Assembly (NCBI GenBank): GCA_013239625.1
Contig: MU054391.1
Span: forward strand, 8,155,095 to 8,219,094
From: Lama guanicoe
Lineage: Eukaryota
Length of the DNA stretch: 64,000 nt
Direction: 5' to 3'
Below are positions 26,021 through 39,082 of this stretch, one piece after another (the stretch's first letter is position 1; each line of letters starts with the position of its first letter). A program made the position numbers and the translations under genes. The notes below the pieces were generated by a model. The model was not told where the DNA came from and made no database searches. It saw nothing but the letters and a program-made list of their open reading frames with translations.

Positions 26021-26047
26021 AGCCATATATAATATATATATGGCTTA
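25950..26047. repeat. (TA)n microsatellite containing two 13-bp inverted repeats
   Basis: tatatacttaaat (25950-25962) pairs with atttaagtatata (25982-25994). taagccatatata (26019-26031) pairs with tatatatggctta (26035-26047). Confidence 0.95.
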
Positions 26048-26141
26048 GGGGATATAGGAATTATTTAAAATATAACTACTTTCTTATTTTAGAAAAATTA
26101 AAGAGATGAACACAAAATATTTGATTAAGAATGAGCTAAGA

Positions 26142-26164
26142 TCAATAAAAAATGTTTAAAATAA
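26142..26164 (+). mobile_element. 23-bp L1 3'-terminal micro-insertion with 15-bp TSD
   Basis: tcaataaaaaatgtttaaaataa lies between two copies of aagaatgagctaaga (26127-26141, 26165-26179), at a tt/aaga target site. Confidence 0.7.
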
Positions 26165-29100
26165 AAGAATGAGCTAAGAAAACAACACGAGACAAAAAGA
26201 AGGAGCTGGCGGACCTAGGTATAAACATGAAGGTAAAATGTGATGCTATCACTGAATTTACTTTGATTACCCAAATCAAAGTGATGCTGTAAAAAAATGT
26301 AAGGTAACAACCTGTATGAGAGACCTGTGGAAATCACATCAGTTACAAAGGAAATGCATACAGTGGCTGAAGTGACTAGAGGAAAAATGAGACATATGGA
26401 AGATAGACAATGGGACACTTACAGAGCAAAAATTCAAGAAAATGTATCACATAAAATGTTAAGATAGTATCAAATATGAAATAAAATATTACTTAAAATG
26501 AAGACTTGGAGGTGCAGGTAGGTCGTCTCATTGTATTCCAAGAAAATGAAATTAAAAACTGTAACAATATGTAGGGATGTAGTCAATTGAACTTCATAGT
26601 AAAAATGTGCAATATTTTATACTCCAAGAAATGTTGCAGTTCCATTTTAAAGGAGAACATAACTGGCCTCTGAATGACTGGTAACTAATGCAACAATATA
26701 AGAGAAAAAATATCTAGAACATTTTGAGGGGAACAAAGTATGTGACTTTGTATTTCTGTATTTCATCATGTTTTCATGGGTAAAGGCAAGAAAAAAATCA
26801 CTGTTATATGCATCAGGTCTCAGGAGTTTTATTATACAAGCAGCTTTACTGAAGCATTGACTTGAAAACATAATCCTATTAAACAATATAAAATCAAAGT
26901 AAAGAACATATGCATGTGGAAGTAAAGACTTAAAGACTTGTTATAAGATTTAAATCCACATAATTACAGAATTAAATTTAATTCAATGAGATGATTGTGG
27001 TCATAAAACAGAATGCTTATGATAGACTTGCATATTGCAAAAATGGTGACTGAAATAACTATAGCCTACCATTATTTTTTTCTTTGGTGCTTCCAAGATG
27101 CCAGGCAATGTCACAAAATGTTGAAAAAAAATTAAAGGAAAGGCATGATATTTTTGTTCCAGAGCAGGAAAATAAAGTCCTTGGAGTGTGTTTGAATGGG
27201 AAAAACAATATTTGCATGAAATCAAGTACAGCTAAATTTGATACAATGGCTACATGGTCTTCTTAGATGTAGAAGCATCTATTTGTTATCTTAGACCTGT
27301 TAAATTAAAAATTTTCAGGCATACAGACCAGGAATCTACATCATACACAATCTGCCAAGGTAATTTTATTCACACCAAAATTTGAACATTTCTCTTCTTA
27401 ATTGACAGGAAATACAACAGACATCTCAAATGAAAGTAGGAAATAACACAGGAATGTGTCCGATAAGCATCGAGGGTATCCGGCCACCAAGAAACTCCTA
27501 AAATGCAAGTAGCCTTTACACTAGAACTTGGGCTATCGACAGGATTTGCATATTTTGTGAAAGGGTTAAGGACACACTTTTCTTGATATGGAGTTTAAGA
27601 AGTAAAACTAACAGTTCAGCCTTATGATGGATACTTATTGAGAAGTGGCATGACACATCTTTTCTATTGTCACAACTATCCTTTTCTTCTCAGAGTAGCA
27701 TTGATTTGTCTCAGGAACATGTGCTAATAATACTGTGTGCCTATTTCATGAATGTGTCTCAATTTCAAATTTCTTGATTTTCTTAGCATGAATCCAATCT
27801 TTTGCAATAATCTGTTGATAACTGCTCTTTTTAGAATATTCTTTAATCATATAAAACTATGTTTCCTTTAATTAAAGTAGAAATATAAAGTTAACTCTGT
27901 TTTTGACAGTACTTTCTGGGAGACTTAATTGATTTGACTGAAGAATATGTGGTAAAACCTTCACTGAATACCAGACATAGAAGGGAAACTAAAAATAAGT
28001 AAGATCTGGCTCTACCTGATTAGCCCTGGGCTGAACATGCACAATTTAGATATTATGGAAACATCTGAGATATAATTTCTTTTATATAGTGGGCCATGAG
28101 ATTTGGAATATATAGTATAATCTATCTGAGAGATTAAACGTCTAGATTTCTAAACACAGTGTACTCTAACTTACATATTATCTTTGAGGACTAACTGCTA
28201 ATTAAATATGAGATACTGTAGAAAAGTTATGTTCTGACTTGTGAATATAGTTCACTTTGACACAAAGAAACAAACAGCTCCCTCTGATGCAAGAATAAAT
28301 CTATAAACAAGATTGCACATAGCCTTTTCAGAAATGAGTAGATGTCACTGCTTTATTTACTGATAATCCTCTGGCATTTTTCATAGATCGTAAGGACTGC
28401 AAAATCTATAGAAAAGTAAATGGGGCCAGAATAACAGATGAAGGTTCAGAAGCATCACGCAATTTTTCAAATTAGAACTAGAAATACTAATGATAATAAT
28501 GTATATTTCACATCAGTTTTAATGTCTCAAATATTAACCAAACTTGTATTTTCAATGAAGGTTTGCAAATACACTATAATATGAAAATCTAAAGTGTTCA
28601 TATTTGTTACAATAAACACATAAATATTTCGTAGCAGTAAGTATTGAATATTCATTATGCTGTAGAGAACTCAAAAGTTTCAGACTATTATAAACAAACC
28701 ATTAAATCCAACATCTCACTTTATAAAGTAGCTGCTTCCCTTAAATTTTCTGAGAGAGAAGAATTTTCACTTTCTTTGTCCTTATTCGCTGCTTCCCTGT
28801 ATGATACCTGTTTCTTCCAACACTTATGACACTCTGCTATTAATAAGGCTTTTATTTGCATTCTGTTTGTTAGTTATTAAAAAGAAAATCTTTCCTCTTT
28901 GACTTGCTCCCACCAAAAAGAGGAGAAAATAGCTCCCAAAGAACAAATAAAACCTGATGATCAGAACGGGGGTTGAATTTGTGGGTGGTTAGAATCTAAC
29001 TGCAGAAAGTACACTTTAAAAATAAAGAAATTACTAGACTAAGTTTGGAAAGACTATAATAATTGAGTCATATAAAAACATCTTTCGAAGGATACAGAAA

Positions 29101-29556
29101 AATTAAGACTTATTTTTTGGGTTGCAGAAACATGGCACTAGCGTGTTTTGTAGCCATGCTCTTCAGTCTTGTGCTAAGACATACCCATGTGCACGGATTT
29201 GAGGGGCAATTGCCGGGAGCTCAAACTACACCCACAGAACTGACACAACAGACAAAAGGAGTGGCCCATGGAGACGGAGCTGAATGATAATTATGTAGCT
29301 TGGTGTTTTAGTTAACTCCATTAATTGGATTTAATATTGTCTGTTACAAACTCTTTTTTCAGATGTTTAGCAAGTCTATTCACTAATGATAGACAATATT
29401 GATTTTTTATGAAGCTTTACCATTTCATCGTATCTGTTTTCTTTACTAAATCATTGTTATACAAAGACTGCAATCCATGCTTCTTAGTGAAGTAAAAACT
29501 GAGTTTTAAGTTATTTCTATGTGAACGAAATCAGAACTATTATGTCTTTTTTATGC

Positions 29557-29632
29557 TTTTTTTAGATTTTATTTTTATTGAAGTGTAGTTGATTTACAAT
29601 GTTAGTTTCAGGTGTACAGAAAAGCAATTCAC
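29557..29632 (-). mobile_element. Short 5'-truncated cetartiodactyl-type L1 3' end
   Basis: tttattgaagtgtagttgatttacaatgttagtttcaggtgtacag, flanked by tattatgt on both sides (29538-29545, 29635-29642). Confidence 0.8.
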
Positions 29633-29984
29633 TTTATTATGTTTCTTATTACTTCAACAGACTCCAATTTATTCTAAAATATCTTGACGCAAAATCAAAA
29701 TCCTTTTACCTCTTAATCATATCTTTAATCATATAGTGAGGGGTTTAGACTTGTGAAAATAAGTGTTTTTCTTTTTTCCATCTCGTGAAAAATTTGCAAG
29801 AAATCTAGGATAACTCATAGAAGATGAAAATTTAATTGAACCGAAGTGTTTTTAGACTTGTGAAGCACTGTCTCCTCAAGCAATGGCAGCGTTTCCAGTG
29901 TGCAGAAGAGCCAGCCAGCTCACACATGCACACCACTCTCCTCCAGCTTGTCATGCCTACTGGGTAACATTACTAAGGTTTCCC

Positions 29985-30200
29985 TGGAGAATAAACATGG
30001 ACCCTCCTACCACACAGTCTGCAGTCTAGTAAGAGAGAAAGGAAAACCAAGCGGACCAAGATGGGACGGGGTTTCAGATGCTTTCATAGGGAGAAGTACA
30101 GAAGACTACAGAAGATCTGAGCAGGGCTCTCTACATACATGCTCGAGATGCAGAGATTTTCTCGTGAGAATGGATACCTGAGTTGAATCCTGAAAAACGA
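29985..30200 (-). mobile_element. L2 remnant (host of the MLT1 insertion)
   Basis: gcagtctagtaagagag...atacctgagttgaatcctgaaaaacgagt. Confidence 0.55.
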
Positions 30201-30204
30201 GTCC

Positions 30205-30817
30205 TGAAATCAGTTTTCTATTGCTGCATGACAAATTACTCCTGATGTGAGTGCCTTAAAGCATTTATTATCTCACAATTTCTGTGGGTCTTCCGACTCA
30301 GGGTCTCTTACATGCAGGGTGACCAGTTCATTTGGTTTGCCCTGTATTTTCCTGGTTTTAAAACTGGACTTCCCACATCCCAGGAAATCTCTTGGTCCCA
30401 AGCAAACCAGGATAGATGTTCACCTCTCCCACAAGGCTTCAATCAAGATGCTGACTGGGGCCAAAGTCACTGGGGGCAGATTCTCCTTCCAAGCTCACTC
30501 AGTGGTTGTTGACAGGACTCAGTCCCTTTAGGCTTGGGAGCCTGAGGGCATCAGCTCCCACTGGCCATTGGCCAGAGGCTGCCCTCAGTCCCCTTCTCCA
30601 CCAGAGTCATTGTGTGAGAAGAGCCAGGAGAGTATGCCTGCAAGATGAAACTATTGTCTTTGGGAACCTAACCACGAAGAGGCAGTCTGACATTTTTGCC
30701 GAATTCTGCTTGTTAGAAGAATCTTCATCACTAGGTCATCAACTCAGCCTCATGGACCAAGAGCAGGACCACTAAGGATCAAGGACCACTGGGAGCCGTG
30801 TCAACAGCTTCCTACAC
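30205..30817 (-). mobile_element. MLT1 (MaLR) solo LTR, MLT1E/F-like
   Basis: tcagttttctattgctgcatgacaaattac...catttattatctcacaatttctgtgggtc...cttccaagctcactcagtggttgttgacagg...ttggccagaggctgccctcag. Confidence 0.8.
30315..30427. mobile_element. MER81-like hAT MITE nested in MLT1
   Basis: Terminal inverted repeats agggtgacca.../...tgttcacctct and internal ggtttgccc.../...gcaaaccagga. Degenerate 8-bp TSD cttacatg/cccacaag. Confidence 0.75.
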
Positions 30818-31229
30818 AAAAGAAGAATCTGGCAAGAGACGCAGCCAATAGAAGAAGCAAGAGAACATGCAACCATTATCACAAATTTATGATGTTATCA
30901 GTAATTGTTATCAGTGAATACCAAGTTAATTTTACACTTAATTTTCTTTTAAATTTACATGTTTTTTTAATGTATGCATTTGTGTATATGCATGTTGGGG
31001 TAGAGTGTCTTATTTTGAGTGATCTTTTCTTTTTTTCCTATCTGCCTTGTAAAGTTATTTTTAAGCTATAAAATTCCAGGAAAACAAAAATGTACAAGCT
31101 TTTAAAAGGGCAATGCTAACAATAAAGAATAAATGTTACTCATATGGCTACGATGTTTATGATACCTACTGAGTGTTCCTGCTGTTTTGAACATTAAATT
31201 TCCTCTTGCTTTTTTGACATTTTCAATCT

Positions 31230-31590
31230 TTCAGTGTCCCTTTCCATCTTCCAGATACTGCTTCTGCTTATAATATTTCCTTCTCCCAAATCTACCCTTC
31301 ACCCCTTGCTCCTATAATGCTTGTAATCCCTTTAGAGTTCAGCCCAGGCACCATGTTCTCAGTACTTCCTAATACAGTCTTCCCTATTAAACAGCTTCAT
31401 GTCTACATATTTCATTTTCTGCTATTACCACAGTTCCATTTTCACACTTATGATATGATTATTCACTTAGTTTGTGTTTATTTCATTGAACATTAGCTTA
31501 ATATGGGAACTCACCATGTTTTTCCCAATCTTAAGCTAATATCTGGCATAATGTAGATAGACTAACTATCTGCTGAATGAATAAATAAAT
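31230..31590 (+). mobile_element. L2 3' end
   Basis: Pyrimidine-rich stretch ending atctggcataatgtagatagactaactatctgctgaatgaataaataaat. Confidence 0.7.
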
Positions 31591-33772
31591 ACATACGTAG
31601 TAATAGATTTTTTTAATGATTCCTTTCTGAATTGAAAATCTTTTTGTATTTGTGGTCTAAATATGGACATATACATACAGTGAATGAATAATTAGGTAGA
31701 CAATATTTTTATACAAATAATAGTTGCTTATTTTCTTAAATTTAATATTTTTCACACCGGGCCAGACCTAGTCAGAAAGATTTCTAGTCAATAATAAAAA
31801 GTTATTTAACTGAATACATTTACTTAATACATCTTATTTGAACTATATATCATAAAAATATAATAGTGATATAAACTCTTTTATTTTGCTAACTTAGACA
31901 GCGAAACACCTTAATATACATTAATTTATGCTGTGTTTCTGCAGAATTGTTTAGACATAAACATTTCTCTATATAAAAATTGAAGGTAACGAAGTTCAGT
32001 GCAAGTAAGTGGTTGGCCCAAGGTCACAAAGCTTCTGAGAAAGAAATACTTTTTAAAAAATATAGGTACAACTGAACCCCTCTTAGTTTCACCGAATTTC
32101 TCTACTTTTATGCAGTTGTTGTTTCCAATGTGTTAGTGTCTACTCCGTGCTTGGACCTAGGAAAGCATCGCCAATGAGAGGCAGGAGGGTCAGCAATTTG
32201 ATGACAACCGCGTGGCTGGGCTGCATTTAGTCTATGAAATGGACAGGCCACAAGAGGGCAGAAGAACATATCAAACGGATTCACTGTGTGTTTTTGTTTT
32301 TGTTTTTTCTTTTTCTCCTTCAAAAATTGACTGAAAAAGGGAGGGAAAAATAAGGGGCAAGAAAAGACATAGAGATTTTTTTTTTTAAGCAATTAAACTT
32401 CAACTATTTCAAATTCCAGGACTGCAAGCAAGCTGATCAGAAATGCAAAGTTCACCTATTCATTAGACTAGGCAAACATAAATACTGCAGATTTGAGATG
32501 TTTAGGAAAATTTGTTACAAACACTTTTATTAATAAATATTTATAGACTTTGACATTCAGAAAATGTTTTCACGTGATTATCGTGAAAATACACTTTGGT
32601 TTCGAAGCACAAATGTTCTTTCCTTTTTTTTCCTGTCCCACACGCCCTTCAGTGTAAAGATCAATTTTTATCTTTTCTGGGCATTTTTCCCTGATAGTAT
32701 CAGCCCTAAGAATTATATTCTATCTCCTCATGAGCATTAATAATTTCATTATCCATCTGTTCATCTCACTCATATGGTAAGTGTTTGCTAGATGTCAGAC
32801 AATGCACTGGGACAGAGATACTTTAAGACATATTCCTTGAGTTGAAGGACTTCAGAGACTAGAGGACAATAAAGAAAGGAATCTTTTAAAAAAATGCCCC
32901 TTAACAACAATTCTTGAGTCAGAAAAGTTTAAGTAATTTCCCCAAAATCACATCAAGGTCAATTTGACTCCAAAGTCAGTCCAAAGACTGATTTGACTTC
33001 AAAATCTTCCAATAAAAACATAGACTTTAAGTCTCTTCACAGTCCTTTTAGAATCATAACAGATTTTCAATTCATATGTAATAAATATAAATGAAGCTTA
33101 TTGATAATTATTATCAATAATCAATTATTATTTGATTAATATACACAATTATTTGATTTATTCATCTCTACGTAAGAAACTTTTTGTAAATCCCACTTGT
33201 AATTAGTGATGCAATTATCTAATTATGTAAGATATAACCACATGTAGAACTTTTAAGAAATATAAAATTGGCAAATTCATTCATGTAAATCAAAATAACT
33301 GAAATTCAAAAGGCATTTTTGGTACCTTCTTTGTATGAATTGTGCTATGAGAGCAAACGAGAACCAGCTAAATCAGCACAGTGATCAGCTATGGGAGGAT
33401 CTCACAGAGGGTATGTGTTACAACTGTTTGAGGGCTTTGGAGGAAACTCTTGCTGAAAAGGGGAGTAAAGGTAATTCCAAGAAGAATGCCTTGTATGAGA
33501 AATAGCATGGAGATAAGAACTTAAAATGAGCAATGATATATGGAGACAATTTATAGTAGCTGTAGGTTAATTTACAAAATGGGAAAATAGGAAGCAAAAA
33601 GAGAGAAGAGTAATTATTCATTTAAAATTTCTTTTTATCTACATTATATTAAATGAAACCTAAATAAATTTTTAAAAACTACTCTCATTGTCTCAAGGGA
33701 AATAATGTAACTAAAATATAAACATATATCCATTTAAAGCATATAAATATATACCTTTAACCTAATTGTTTT

Positions 33773-33798
33773 TGTGTGTGTATGTGTGTGTGTGTGCG
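33773..33798. repeat. (TG)n microsatellite
   Basis: tgtgtgtgtatgtgtgtgtgtgtgcg. Confidence 0.85.
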
Positions 33799-34309
33799 CC
33801 TGGATACATACATTCATTATATTTTAGGGAGAGAATAACTTATAATGAAATTAAAATGAATTAAGTATCTGAGTAAATTGCTGAATGTAGAAAGCAGATA
33901 GTTTGAAACATCTGTAAAATAAAACATTTAAAATGGTGAATAACTATTTATTAGTATTCCAAATAGAAGAAAATTAAAATTCATTAACCAAAATGTTTTG
34001 ATTTATTGGCATCAAAAGCTCACATTGGTAGACAGAAATGGCAAACATAAGTGAAAAGTAAGTATTATTAAAAAATTTTATGCATATTTAAGGATAGGTA
34101 GGATTAAAGGATATTAAAGGATTCTTCCTGGCTAGGGTCATTTATTTTACTCTTTGTTAAAAAAAAATAAGTGCACCCTGAAAATGGGTTTTAATTCATA
34201 TTAAAATTATAGAAAAGATATATAGTAAAATAATTTGTAAATGTGAAGATTATCCTACCATGGAAATCAAACCAGACAGAAAGTCGTATGATAAACAGAT
34301 AAACAGACA

Positions 34310-35730
34310 CTGTAACTTTGCAGTATGTTTTGATATCAGGCAGCATGAGACCTCCAGCTTTGCTTTTCTTTCTCAGGATTATTTTGGCTATTCAGGCTCC
34401 TTTCAGATTCTAAATGAATTCTAGAATGGTATTCTATCTTTCTGCAAAATAGCTATTGGGATTTTGATAGAGAACACAGTAAGTATACAGATCACTTTGG
34501 GTAATATGGACATTCTAACAATATTAAGTCTTGCAAACCATGAATGTCAGGTATCTTTCCATTTATTCATGTCTTTATTTATTTTAGCAATGTTTTATAG
34601 TCTTTGGTATACAAGTCTTCTGTCTCCTTTATTGTTTATTCCTCGGCATGTTACTCTTTTTGGTGACATTGAAAGTGTAATTGTCTTCTTAATTTCCTTT
34701 TGAAGTAGGTTATTATAAATGTATAGAATCACAACTGATTTTTGAATGTTGGATTTTGTGTCCTTTGAATTTACTGAATATGCTGATTAGTTGTAACAGA
34801 TCTTTTGTGAAATATTTAGTTTTTTTTTTTTTAATACAAGACCATAACATCTGTAAGCAGAGATGATTTTACCTCTTTTTTTTTTTTTTTTGGTCTGATT
34901 TGGGAATTTTTTGTTTGTTTTTCTCTCCTGACCTGATTGCTCTGGCTAGGATTTTCAGTATTATGTGAAATACAAGTGGTGGGCATGGGTATTCTTGCCT
35001 TGTTACTGATCTTAGAACAAAACCTTACATTTTTCATCATTGAGTACAATATTAGCTGTGGACTTTTCATATATTATTTTAGTATGACTTTGTTACATAA
35101 AGACATTCTATTTTTATTTGGACTTCATTATATGGAAGTAATGGTCTTCTAGTCTTAGTTTATTTGGTGTTTTTATCTTGAAAGGGTCTTGAATTTACCA
35201 AATGCTTTTCCTGCATCAATTGAAAGGATCATGTGGTTTTTGTTCTTCACAATGTTAAAGTGATGTATTACGCTGACTGGTTTTCATACGTTGAAACATC
35301 CTGTATTCCAGGAATAGATTTCACTTGGTCACAATGTAGAATCTTTGCAATAAATTGTTGAATTTAGTTCGCCTGTCTTCTGTTGAGAACTTTTGCATTA
35401 ATATCGTCACAGATATTAGTCTGTAGTTTTCTTTTCTTATAGTAGTTTTGTATTATTTGTGTATCAGAATAATCCTGGCTGTCTAAACTAGTTTGGAAGG
35501 GTGTCACTTCTTCAAATGTTTGGAAGAGATTGAGAATGATTGGTGTCATTCTTCATTAAACGTTCAGCACCATTCTCCAATGAAACCATCTCTTCCTTGG
35601 TTTTCCTTTTGTTAGAAGAATTTTTTTATTGCTTCAGTCTCCTGATTAGTTTCAGGTCTGTTCATAGCTTCTAATTTCTTCATGGTTTAGTCTTGACAGG
35701 TTGTACGTTTCTAGAAATTTATCCGTTTCC
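34310..35730 (-). mobile_element. L1 ORF2 fragment (L1MA/MB-type), antisense
   Basis: cctccagctttgcttttctttctcaggattattttggctattc, gatcactttgggtaatatggacatt, aaatgcttttcctgcatcaattga, ttgagaacttttgcatt. The translated pieces resemble L1 RT. Confidence 0.9.
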
Positions 35731-36384
35731 CTTCTTGCATATAATCATCAGAACAAACAGCTATTGCTGTAATATCCCTTGTTAATCCCTCTATCTTGCC
35801 ATGGCATGATTTAAAAAAAAATCAATTCTAAATTTAAATCCACAGATTCATAATCTGATCATTTGCACCTGACACTTTTGCTAGATGGACATATGCAAGG
35901 ATTTGTAATACAGTTTGGATGCCTTCCTGCCTGATTTGCAAAATTACTGATACTTTTAAGCAATTTCAATTTATCAAAATTGTTCGGGATAAGTTTAGAT
36001 TCTGTTTTGAATCTAGTGTCTCTCTTCTGGATGTTAGAGAAAAAGTATTTTTCTGACTTGATAATTGTGAACAAAAGAAATTGATTTTAAACATAAGTTT
36101 AAGTTGACTCACAAGCCACATAACGCTCACTGAATCAGGAACCACGCAGGTAAGAAACCATGTAATACTTGACCTATATGAAAATACAGAAGTAGAAGAA
36201 GAAATTATGACTTACGAGCAAAAGGAGAATCTAATGAATATGTACTTAAAGGTTTTGAATAATTGAGGAAAAGAATGATTTTCTCTGCATACTTCCTTAT
36301 ATTCTGCCCTAAATAGTGCCACATGGCAAATATACTACTTCATTCAAAACTCAAATATAAATTAAATATGCAGTTGTTCTGAAT

Positions 36385-36620
36385 GGTGTGGCTCAATGAA
36401 ACAGCATCTTGGGATGGAAAGAATACTAGGATTTTAGGAACGCACGTTACACACATACAATATGGGCTGAAAGCCTTATTCCAACACCTGCCAGCTGTGT
36501 GATACCAAGCAAGAAATTTTATCTCTCTGAGCCTTAATATCCTTATTGTAAAACAGAAAACATATTCTGCATCACAAATTTTTATGAATATTATTAAAAG
36601 TTCCCAGAATCAGTTTGAAG
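36385..36620 (+). mobile_element. MIR
   Basis: ccagctgtgtgataccaagcaagaaattttatctctctgagccttaatatccttattgtaaaac. Confidence 0.65.
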
Positions 36621-37299
36621 AATCTTTTCATCCATCTCAGGTGAATGTGAAAGTAATTTAAACTCGAATATTTCTTTTTATCCTTTACTGATATTTACTT
36701 ATATTTAAATGTTAATTTTAAACCTTCCCAGTATGTGGCTGAAGAGACTTGACAGACCCTGTCATTTCCATCACTTTATGTCGCTCTGCACAGTTTCATA
36801 TTTGGTAAATAATGTGTTCCCAGGGTGTTTATTATATGTATGACTGAATTATTAGGCATATAGTTGATAATATTATTTCAGGTTGAATTAAGAAAAAAAA
36901 CATATATTATTTGCATCAAATTCAGAGCAATCTGACAGTAATGGTGTACTAATAATGACTGAATTACTTGTTTCAAATCATTCATCTCATAAAACAACAG
37001 AAACTTTAGAAAATGAAGATGAAGAATTTGTTTGAACTAAAAACCTATCTAGACTTTGAAAATTTGCCAGACTAGGATACAGAAAGCAAGTAGGAAGGAG
37101 AGGCGTTTCCAATGTTTGGTGTCCTTTTTCTCGTGAAGAAGTTGCCAATTATGACAGCGACAGTGGATCTGAGAGGAAGAGGAGGTAGGCCAGCCTCACA
37201 GAATTTGGTGGCAAGGTGAGAAATTGGAGGTCAGAGACTTACAAGGAGCAGATGATCTGGTTAAAAAAAAAAAGTTAAGCTTTGGCTTATAACCCTAAA

Positions 37300-37935
37300 G
37301 AGACATACTTGAGGAGACCAGGTAAAGCAAAAATTGATGCGTTTCTGAAGGACTTAAATCTAACTTCAAATTATCTCAGCCTCTGAAAAGATAAAGGCAA
37401 TAAAATAACATTTTAAGAGCTGCAAAAAAACCCCCCAAAAAACCAAAGCAAAAAACACAGTAAATTCATCCTGGAAGAACACAGCACTATCCAGAGTTTC
37501 TAGTGATTTTTATAATTTTTATATATGGTATCTGACATTTAATTGTAAAAAGCTTTCATAGAAGAAGGGAATAAAACATAGCGCACAAAGAAAAAAATTA
37601 AAAAGAAACAGATCTATGTGATATTCAGATATTGCAGTTATCAGACTTTACAGTCACTATAATTCGTATTATAAATCATCAAATTACAACACTCAAAAAT
37701 TCAAAACAGAACTGGAAATATTTTTTTAAAAGCAAATTGACATTATAGAACTAAAAGATACAATGGCTGAATAGTATACACAGATAAAAAGAACATTTGT
37801 CAGTTAAAAGTAAGTACGAAAAAATCAGGACCCAAACAACAGGGAAAAAATGATACACAATACAGAAAAGGCATATGTGACATGGTAAAAGGTCTAACAT
37901 GTGAGCAATTTGACTTACAGGAGGAGGAAAGCGTG
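37300..37935 (+). mobile_element. Old L1M 5' UTR/ORF1 remnant
   Basis: gatattcagatattgcagttatcagacttta, aaattgacattatagaactaaa, aaaggtctaacatgtgagcaattt. Confidence 0.6.
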
Positions 37936-39082
37936 TTAAAATAATGTAACTGTTTTCATGATATTCCATGCTTAGGACTTGCTGAGTTAAGAAACCTGGC
38001 ATGCACTGACATGTTTTACAGCATAAGAGAATGCCTCCTTTCTCCAGAACTATTTGCTCTTCACATTCTAATGGTGATAGACCTAGAGCCACGTGTAAAC
38101 TAACAGTTTTCAGCCATGCTAAATGAGTGATGTGAAAAAGAACTGCCCTGTTTTCTCTGCCAACAGCCCCCTCGCTCTTCTTGCTCGGGGCAAGTGTGGG
38201 GAAGGTAAGGATGAGGTCAACAGTGAAAAAATTCACATTCTAGGAACTGAGAGAGATGACCTAAAGAGTTCAAGAGGAGGCATCATTGGAAGATGTGTTG
38301 TTCTGCATTTAGACTATAAAATTCTGAATGGTTAATTTAACATGACCAGGACGAGAAGTATCTTTTACATTTCCCTGCGTACTCTCAGTAAGAATCACAT
38401 TTTTGGTTATCACTAACAAAGTTCAGTGATAATATTTGAACTGGAAGCCAAGAGTTCACACAAGCAAGACAATGGATGACAGTCATGAGTAATTATGTAA
38501 CTTGCATTAAATAAATGGGTTAGAGAACTGCACAGACAAGAAAATCTGTGTTGTTTCAAAATAAACATATTCCGAAAAGACATAGGAGAGTAAATAATAA
38601 CAGCCTCGTTCTCTTGGTCTCGCAGTAAGAGACGTGAAGTTTGGTAATAAAGTACCTGAGGAGATGGTTTCTAGACCTGAACAGAAAGTGATGATGTCTA
38701 GACACGGTGACAAATCTTTATACACACTGAGAACAATAAACAAATACGTAAGTTCCTCATATCAGCTCATCATTCTAAGTACTTGTTACTAAATAACTAA
38801 ATCTTGTGTGGTCCCCCAAATTTTTATTTATAGACTTTTAAATCAAATTGTCCATATACACAAGGGCCTTGCAAAAATTATTACACAATGATTTTCACAG
38901 GTTAGGAGTGGCCCTGTAGGTTGGAGAATAAATGTCCCTAACATCTTTCAAGGTTCTTGTACTGTTGTTTACAAAGGAATAAAACCATTCATATATATCT
39001 CTATGGTAACAGTCCAAGAGAATGTTAAACAAATTTACACCTAAAAACAAATAGAAGGAAAAAACACACACCTATAAGTATG

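Larger units (their letters stand above)
25750..26950 (+). mobile_element. HAL1/L1 ORF1-like remnant
   Basis: aaagtatgtgactttgtatttctgtat...ttcatgggtaaaggcaagaaa...atgcatcaggtctcaggagtttattatacaagcagctttactgaag matches the decayed 3' part of HAL1 ORF1. Confidence 0.55.

Noticed and set aside
34464..35549. ORFs with RT-like fragments
   Set aside because: These are pieces of a dead L1 ORF2 with many stops and frameshifts.
37751..38236. 161-aa ORF, the longest in the window
   Set aside because: It is half antisense L1 ORF1 remnant and half unique DNA. The composition is not protein-like and there is no domain.
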